From: an uncultured Oligoflexia bacterium
GTDB taxonomy: Bacteria; Bdellovibrionota; UBA1018; UBA923
Length of the DNA: 60,891 bases
Direction: 5' to 3'
Assembly: GCA_964649095.1 (NCBI GenBank)
Contig: CAZYPH010000001.1
Span: 1 to 60,891 of the forward strand
The notes under the pieces were generated by a model that did no database searches, was not told the DNA's origin, and worked only from the letters and a program-made list of their open reading frames with translations. This document shows, in pieces, positions 56,518-60,891 of the stretch (the stretch's first letter is position 1; each line of letters begins with the position of its first letter). Made by a program: the position numbers and the translations under genes.

Positions 56518-58140
56518 TTACCGCGGGCGCCTTGCTTGTATGTCTCTCAAGAAGAGGACAACTTCTCTAAAAAAATCACCATCTAATTGGTTCAATAACT
56601 CTTGAGCACGATCTCTTGTATCGCTCATCAGAGATTGAAAGGCTTCTACCTCGTTTGTAGCAGGTGACGACGCTCGCTGATAATAGCGATTTAAGTCTTG
56701 TGAGCGCACACCTACGATGGGGTAATCAAAACGATCTCGAGGATTCGCTATGGGAATAAACTGCCGATCCCAAACTTGCGCACCTACGGTACCCGGCTCG
56801 ACGGGCGCCAGCGTTGCAGCTGTTTCAGAACGTTGGCTGTCCGCGATCACGCGGACGAGACTGGTGTTAATACGCTCTAATAGCGCTTTCGCAACCCGCG
56901 CTCGGGCAATCACCTCAGTGAACAATCGATACTCGGCATCGACTACGTCTTGCACCGTCCAGTTGGGATTACGAAACGGCAATTCATTATTGAGCTGGTG
57001 CAGGGCCTCTTCCGCTTCGTAAAAAAGGGCGACCCCTTCTTCTAAAGCCATACTCTCGCGGTACTCTTCACGATTGTCTCTTAAAATTTGCGACACCCTA
57101 TCAAACGTTCTTTGGTGCGCTGCTGCGTTCAAGCGCGTGTTGAGCTGCGACCAGTCGTTAGCATCATTTTCACGCAAAAACCGCACGGTTTGACTCGGTT
57201 CGGGGTTGGTAAACACAATAGATCCTGGCAACAGCCTAGCGCGCCTAGTGGCATTAATTGTTGTTGCATGAATCCCTTCATGGCCTAACGTACCATCGCC
57301 GTGTCGTGTAGCGCGATGCCCAACCAAATAATCAACCGACAAACGCAGAACCGAGGTTTCTGGCAAAAAGGCTGAGGTCGTGCGATCGTTATCAACACCC
57401 ACTGCCGAATCTAAAACAATATCCGTATTCACACGTTGGCCTAGTTGTTCAATAGCCAGTCCGTGCCGAACCGCAGCGCGATCTAATCCACGCAAAGGCA
57501 GACGCAACTGGTAGTGTGGTAGATTACGACCGTCATCGCGCGCTAATACAAGAGTCGCCTCCGGCACGTCTAAACCTAATCGTCGTGCCTTAGAAATTAC
57601 TAAATCGACGATGGCACGATGGGCTCGTTCAATCTCGTTCAAAGCTCTCTGAGCGGTTCGACTGCGGGGATTGTAACTCAGCTCAAGATCACTTGCGGCA
57701 CGTCGCAGAACGAGCAAGCGTTCATCGAAATCGTATTCTTCTAATTGCAGACGTTCTAAATAATTAAAAATCTGCGCGTTATCACGCGATCGCAAGGGCG
57801 GTACGCTGCTATCTCTTCGAAAATAGCGCTCACCACGATTGGCATTGAGCTCTAGCCAGGTTAAAAAATCGCTTCTTCTTTGAACACCTCTGATCGTTTG
57901 ATTGACGTAGTTCAAAAAGGCCGTCAACGCTTGTGGATTAGCAAAATACCTCTGTAAAAATGGGTAGCGCCAGTAACGCGTCATAAGCCGCGCTCGAGCC
58001 GAACCGGCTTCTGGGTTGAGATTACCAATACTTAGCAATGCTTCAATGCAACGATAGCGTGGCACAGCGGTGCCCGCACGCAAAATAGCGTGTGCGGTAT
58101 TGCTGAATATACATATTAAAAATAGAATATATAAATACAT
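56518..58140 (-). CDS. secreted Arg-rich protein with a single HExxH motif (metallopeptidase candidate)
   Basis: Signal peptide MYLYILFLICIFSNTAHA. GTLGHEGIHATT is encoded at 57268..57282. No other family motif is recognised. Confidence 0.55.
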   Translation of the reverse strand: MYLYILFLICIFSNTAHAILRAGTAVPRYRCIEALLSIGNLNPEAGSARARLMTRYWRYPFLQRYFANPQALTAFLNYVNQTIRGVQRRSDFLTWLELNANRGERYFRRDSSVPPLRSRDNAQIFNYLERLQLEEYDFDERLLVLRRAASDLELSYNPRSRTAQRALNEIERAHRAIVDLVISKARRLGLDVPEATLVLARDDGRNLPHYQLRLPLRGLDRAAVRHGLAIEQLGQRVNTDIVLDSAVGVDNDRTTSAFLPETSVLRLSVDYLVGHRATRHGDGTLGHEGIHATTINATRRARLLPGSIVFTNPEPSQTVRFLRENDANDWSQLNTRLNAAAHQRTFDRVSQILRDNREEYRESMALEEGVALFYEAEEALHQLNNELPFRNPNWTVQDVVDAEYRLFTEVIARARVAKALLERINTSLVRVIADSQRSETAATLAPVEPGTVGAQVWDRQFIPIANPRDRFDYPIVGVRSQDLNRYYQRASSPATNEVEAFQSLMSDTRDRAQELLNQLDGDFFREVVLFLRDIQARRPR

Positions 58141-58234
58141 AGAATCAAACGCCTAGTCTCGCACTAATACATCGGTTTAAAGTGGCGAAATCCGTAGATA
58201 GGTCGATTTGTTACAATAGGCGATACGATCAACG

Positions 58235-58582
58235 CTACAACTTCTCAATCTCCTGAAAATGCTTGGGATCTAACTCGGCTTTTTTACAAACCGATAGAAA
58301 GTCTTGTTTCAAGAACTGAAACAAGTACTCGGCAGAAATAGCTTGGTCTACTTTGAGTAAGTTGAAGCTGGTTCGGGCTGCTAGAGATGCTAGAACGTCT
58401 TTTTCTAAAGTAGCCGCCAGCGCTTTTTGTTCTGCAATTTCGGCTGAGATCTTCTTCTGATACTCTGCGGAATTGATTTTTGCTAAAAGAGTAAGCCCCT
58501 GTTTTCTAGAGCGCAGCGTACGCACCGCGCCTTCGACTTTCTCTAACTCACCGGCAACGTTTTTTGCGGAATCTTGTGCCAT
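58235..58582 (-). CDS. small helical protein, unknown function
   Basis: 115 aa, Ala/Lys/Glu-rich. It starts 3 nt after the STAS gene. Confidence 0.5.
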   Translation of the reverse strand: MAQDSAKNVAGELEKVEGAVRTLRSRKQGLTLLAKINSAEYQKKISAEIAEQKALAATLEKDVLASLAARTSFNLLKVDQAISAEYLFQFLKQDFLSVCKKAELDPKHFQEIEKL

Positions 58583-58585
58583 AAA

Positions 58586-59230
58586 TTATAGGCCCTCAAA
58601 CTTTGCACTAAGCTCAACAAACTTAGCGATGATCTGACTTTGCCCACTCCAAAAGTGGCTTACCGTATCGACTCTCGTAGTTGCCGTGCCCAACCATTGT
58701 TGAAGTTGTTGTAAATACAATACATAGGCTTTCTGTGTCGCCAATTCACGCTCTAACTTAAGCAAGGCAGCTGCGTCATTGGCATGTTTTTCTAACGCAG
58801 CCACTTCACCTTCTAACTTCGCGAGCTCAGCTTTTAGTTCGGCGGTATTGGCCTTGGCTTTTTCAATCGCAGAGCCCTCGAGATGACTACTTAACGACTC
58901 AATCGCGGCTTCTTTCGTAGAATACGATTTTAATTTGAGTTTCGGATTTTTGGCCATCAAACCACGCATGGCCGCTAACATAATATCGGGTTTGCCGACG
59001 GCGACCACTTCGCCGTTGAGTTCTTGGGCTAATTGCTGAAACGCAGCAATCTCTTGCAAAATCAAAATATCAATCGACGCCGCATGCACCAAGTTGATGA
59101 CGATCTTATTTTTGCCCTGTTTTAGAAGGTTAACGATACCTGTCTTTAAAATCATCACTTCGCGTTTTGATACGGCTTCGGACACATCTAAAATACTGAC
59201 GCGTCCTTCTTGAGACATTTTTAGTTTCAT
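58586..59230 (-). CDS. STAS-domain (anti-sigma-antagonist-like) protein with coiled-coil C-terminal extension
   Basis: aa 1-~110 show STAS-like beta-alpha alternation, with IVINLVHAASIDILILQEI in the position of the ..DSSG.. phospho-serine loop. The C-terminus is a heptad coiled coil (AELKAELAKLEGEVAALEKH). Confidence 0.6.
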   Translation of the reverse strand: MKLKMSQEGRVSILDVSEAVSKREVMILKTGIVNLLKQGKNKIVINLVHAASIDILILQEIAAFQQLAQELNGEVVAVGKPDIMLAAMRGLMAKNPKLKLKSYSTKEAAIESLSSHLEGSAIEKAKANTAELKAELAKLEGEVAALEKHANDAAALLKLERELATQKAYVLYLQQLQQWLGTATTRVDTVSHFWSGQSQIIAKFVELSAKFEGL

Positions 59231-59670
59231 AAACTCTGTAACTCAGCATCTAATTTTGCTAAGCGGCCACGATAATATAGTATTCTCATTATATCTCGGC
59301 GCGAGATAATTCCAACTAAACGCCCTTTTGCAGAAAGAACCGGTACGCGCCTAATGCGCCGTTCAATAAACAATTTCATGATTTCACTTAGCGGCGTTTC
59401 TTCGGCAATCGTTGTCACTTTATGGGTGAACTCGATGGTGCGTTCCAAAGTTAACACACATCGTTGATCGATCTGATCTAACATAAAAGTGTCTATAGAT
59501 TTTAATATATCTAACTCTGACACGACACCAACGACATGGCCCTTTTTGTCGGTCACTGGCATTCCGGTGATGCCGTGTTTAATAAAGAGCTGAATAGCTT
59601 CTTCAACGGTAGTATTTAGATTCACTGCGATTACATTTTTGGTCATGATGTCACGTGCCAGCGTCTGCAT
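59227..59670 (-). CDS. CBS-pair domain protein
   Basis: Two CBS motifs (IMTKNVIAVNLNTTVEEAIQLFIKHGITGMPV ... RRVPVLSAKGRLVGIISRRDI). 4-nt overlap with the STAS gene. Confidence 0.8.
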   Translation of the reverse strand: MQTLARDIMTKNVIAVNLNTTVEEAIQLFIKHGITGMPVTDKKGHVVGVVSELDILKSIDTFMLDQIDQRCVLTLERTIEFTHKVTTIAEETPLSEIMKLFIERRIRRVPVLSAKGRLVGIISRRDIMRILYYRGRLAKLDAELQSL

Positions 59671-59736
59671 AAGAATAGTTTAAGCAAGTTTCGGTTTATG
59701 GCACACTAAAATTATTAAGAGAGCCGAACGCAGACT

Positions 59737-60849
59737 ATGACGAACACCATTCAAATTGCCCAACCCAAGCCACACGACCAAGAATATCTTAAAAAATACT
59801 ATTTACCTTGGCTTGCCCAGTTTAAGTTGGGAAAAACATTCTGTGGGTTTCTAGATACATTAGCAAATCCAGATATGACGGTCGATGACGCGGCGAATAC
59901 ACTGCAACAAAATCCATTCTACGCGCAGTATTTAAAAGAAGAACTACTGCGAGCGGCCGCCAAGACGGAAAACATGGACAATCCAAGCCTTGCCATGACC
60001 ATCGGCTTTTTAGGTGTCGGGCGCACGAGACAACTGCTTACAGGTATCCACCTCTATCGCGTGACTACTAAAAGTTTTCCCGCTCGAAAGAAGACCGGTG
60101 AATTTGACCTGAAGATTGATGAGATTACAAAATACTCGACGCGACTTGCGGAGTTCTTACACCGACCGCACTATCCGGACGCCGACATCACAGCACCTGC
60201 TGCTTTAATCTATGACGCATTGTATTATTGGTTAAAAACGAGCGAACCCCAACAAGCCAATGCCAAAGAATTACTACAAGCACTTGATGAGAGTTTCAAA
60301 TTGGGCTTTAAGATCGGAATCACAGCGGTAGAACTCTCAAAACTATTACCCAATTTTTCGTACAAAAGATCCGTATTTGCAGCGGGTTTGTTGTGGCCGA
60401 TTCAGGACTGGGCTTGTGGCTTACTGACACAAACACCAACAACGAATAACTACTTAACGCTACTAGAAGAGATCGACGAAAGAAAATACCCTGAGATACT
60501 GCGTAAACGTATTATCGAGTCTTATCTAAAAATTAACGATTCAAAACAATTTGGAACCATTGCTTTAAAGGCGTTCTACCAACACTATCAATTTTACCAG
60601 CCGATTTTAACGGTTATAAGCGCCGTTTTTCAAAATTATCCGAATCTAAAAAGTAAGACACTCGATCCTGATGCTGAATTTAAAACATTACTCGAATTAG
60701 CGGTGCAGATAGGTAAAAACTTTTTTATACCAAAAGATTTAAAAGACCCTGTCTTTGAACGCTGGTTTACGTCCAATAATCGCTACTACAAAATTAACGG
60801 GCAGATTTTAATTAAACTGATGCATAAGATATCAAGATATCAAATATAA
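59737..60849 (+). CDS. hypothetical protein, possibly HDOD-like signalling domain
   Basis: TVDDAANTLQQNPFYAQYLKEELL...SLAMTIGFLGVGRTRQLL loosely fits the HDOD pattern (..DP.L...LL...NS......I.S...AI..LG...L). Confidence 0.4.
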   Translation: MTNTIQIAQPKPHDQEYLKKYYLPWLAQFKLGKTFCGFLDTLANPDMTVDDAANTLQQNPFYAQYLKEELLRAAAKTENMDNPSLAMTIGFLGVGRTRQLLTGIHLYRVTTKSFPARKKTGEFDLKIDEITKYSTRLAEFLHRPHYPDADITAPAALIYDALYYWLKTSEPQQANAKELLQALDESFKLGFKIGITAVELSKLLPNFSYKRSVFAAGLLWPIQDWACGLLTQTPTTNNYLTLLEEIDERKYPEILRKRIIESYLKINDSKQFGTIALKAFYQHYQFYQPILTVISAVFQNYPNLKSKTLDPDAEFKTLLELAVQIGKNFFIPKDLKDPVFERWFTSNNRYYKINGQILIKLMHKISRYQI

Positions 60850-60891
60850 TATATATATTATGCCGCTTGCTTCTTAACGATGTCGACTTCG

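Noticed and set aside
1-60891. CRISPR arrays, IS elements, integrases, prophage or defence-system genes (RM, TA, Cas, retron RT and similar)
   Set aside because: No repeat-spacer periodicity is visible and no ORF carries transposase, recombinase, RT, nuclease-helicase or other such motifs that I can recognise. The window is mostly housekeeping and envelope genes.
1-60891. Frequent alternating (TA)n runs such as atatatata (for example near 2225, 3451, 8125, 9993, 44531, 46548, 50623, 54517, 60849)
   Set aside because: Many fall in codons for Ile-Tyr-Ile stretches of signal peptides and TM helices (ATA/TAT codon preference) or in AT-rich promoter gaps. They show no consistent spacing or flanking motif, so they are most likely a compositional or codon-usage effect. 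A k-mer enrichment test against a shuffled background would settle it.
60858-60891. Possible 3' end of a convergent minus-strand CDS (...EVDIVKKQAA-stop, stop codon at 60858..60860)
   Set aside because: Only 10 full codons are visible before the window edge, too few to support a feature.

Overview
This is a 60.9-kb, gene-dense chromosomal segment from a diderm (Gram-negative) bacterium. The evidence for a diderm is the many lipobox lipoproteins, beta-barrel-type outer-membrane proteins and LolB/LpoB-like genes. The composition is moderately AT-rich. I see about 58 CDS, one tRNA-Leu(UAG), no rRNA, no CRISPR array, and no recognisable transposase, integrase or phage genes. The gene content loosely suggests a Bdellovibrionota/Oligoflexia-like or other 'delta-like' lineage, but that is low-confidence inference. 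Clear housekeeping blocks are: tig-truA; asd-pssA-psd-tsaB-rseP-cdsA-uppS-frr-pyrH-tsf-rpsB, all on the minus strand; an oppABCDF-type peptide ABC transporter; ribD-ribE-ribBA-ribH; 2-oxoacid dehydrogenase E1 alpha/beta; and a reverse-transsulfuration pair (cystathionine beta-synthase and gamma-lyase) preceded by a putative glutamate-cysteine ligase. Between these blocks lie less ordinary loci. (1) Two translationally coupled ArsA/Get3-like ATPases, the second fused in frame to a signal-anchor plus a large helical domain, head the thiol-metabolism operon. (2) Three secreted, Arg/Ala-rich, visibly GC-richer proteins: one abuts the tRNA-Leu, one carries an HExxH motif, and one is cut by the window edge and absent from the ORF track. 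(3) A pseudo-receiver PP2C phosphatase is coupled to an OM barrel gene and followed by a 26-aa poly-basic micro-ORF, with a CBS / STAS-coiled-coil / small helical protein operon nearby and no switch kinase. (4) An LpoB-like lipoprotein trio. (5) A secreted protein with a C-terminal CFI...FRD...YY module sits upstream of an OM barrel gene. (6) A GT2-polytopic membrane fusion. (7) A 270-aa protein gene sits upstream of a 643-aa long coiled-coil protein gene. All functional calls rest on motif recognition by eye, because no database search was possible.
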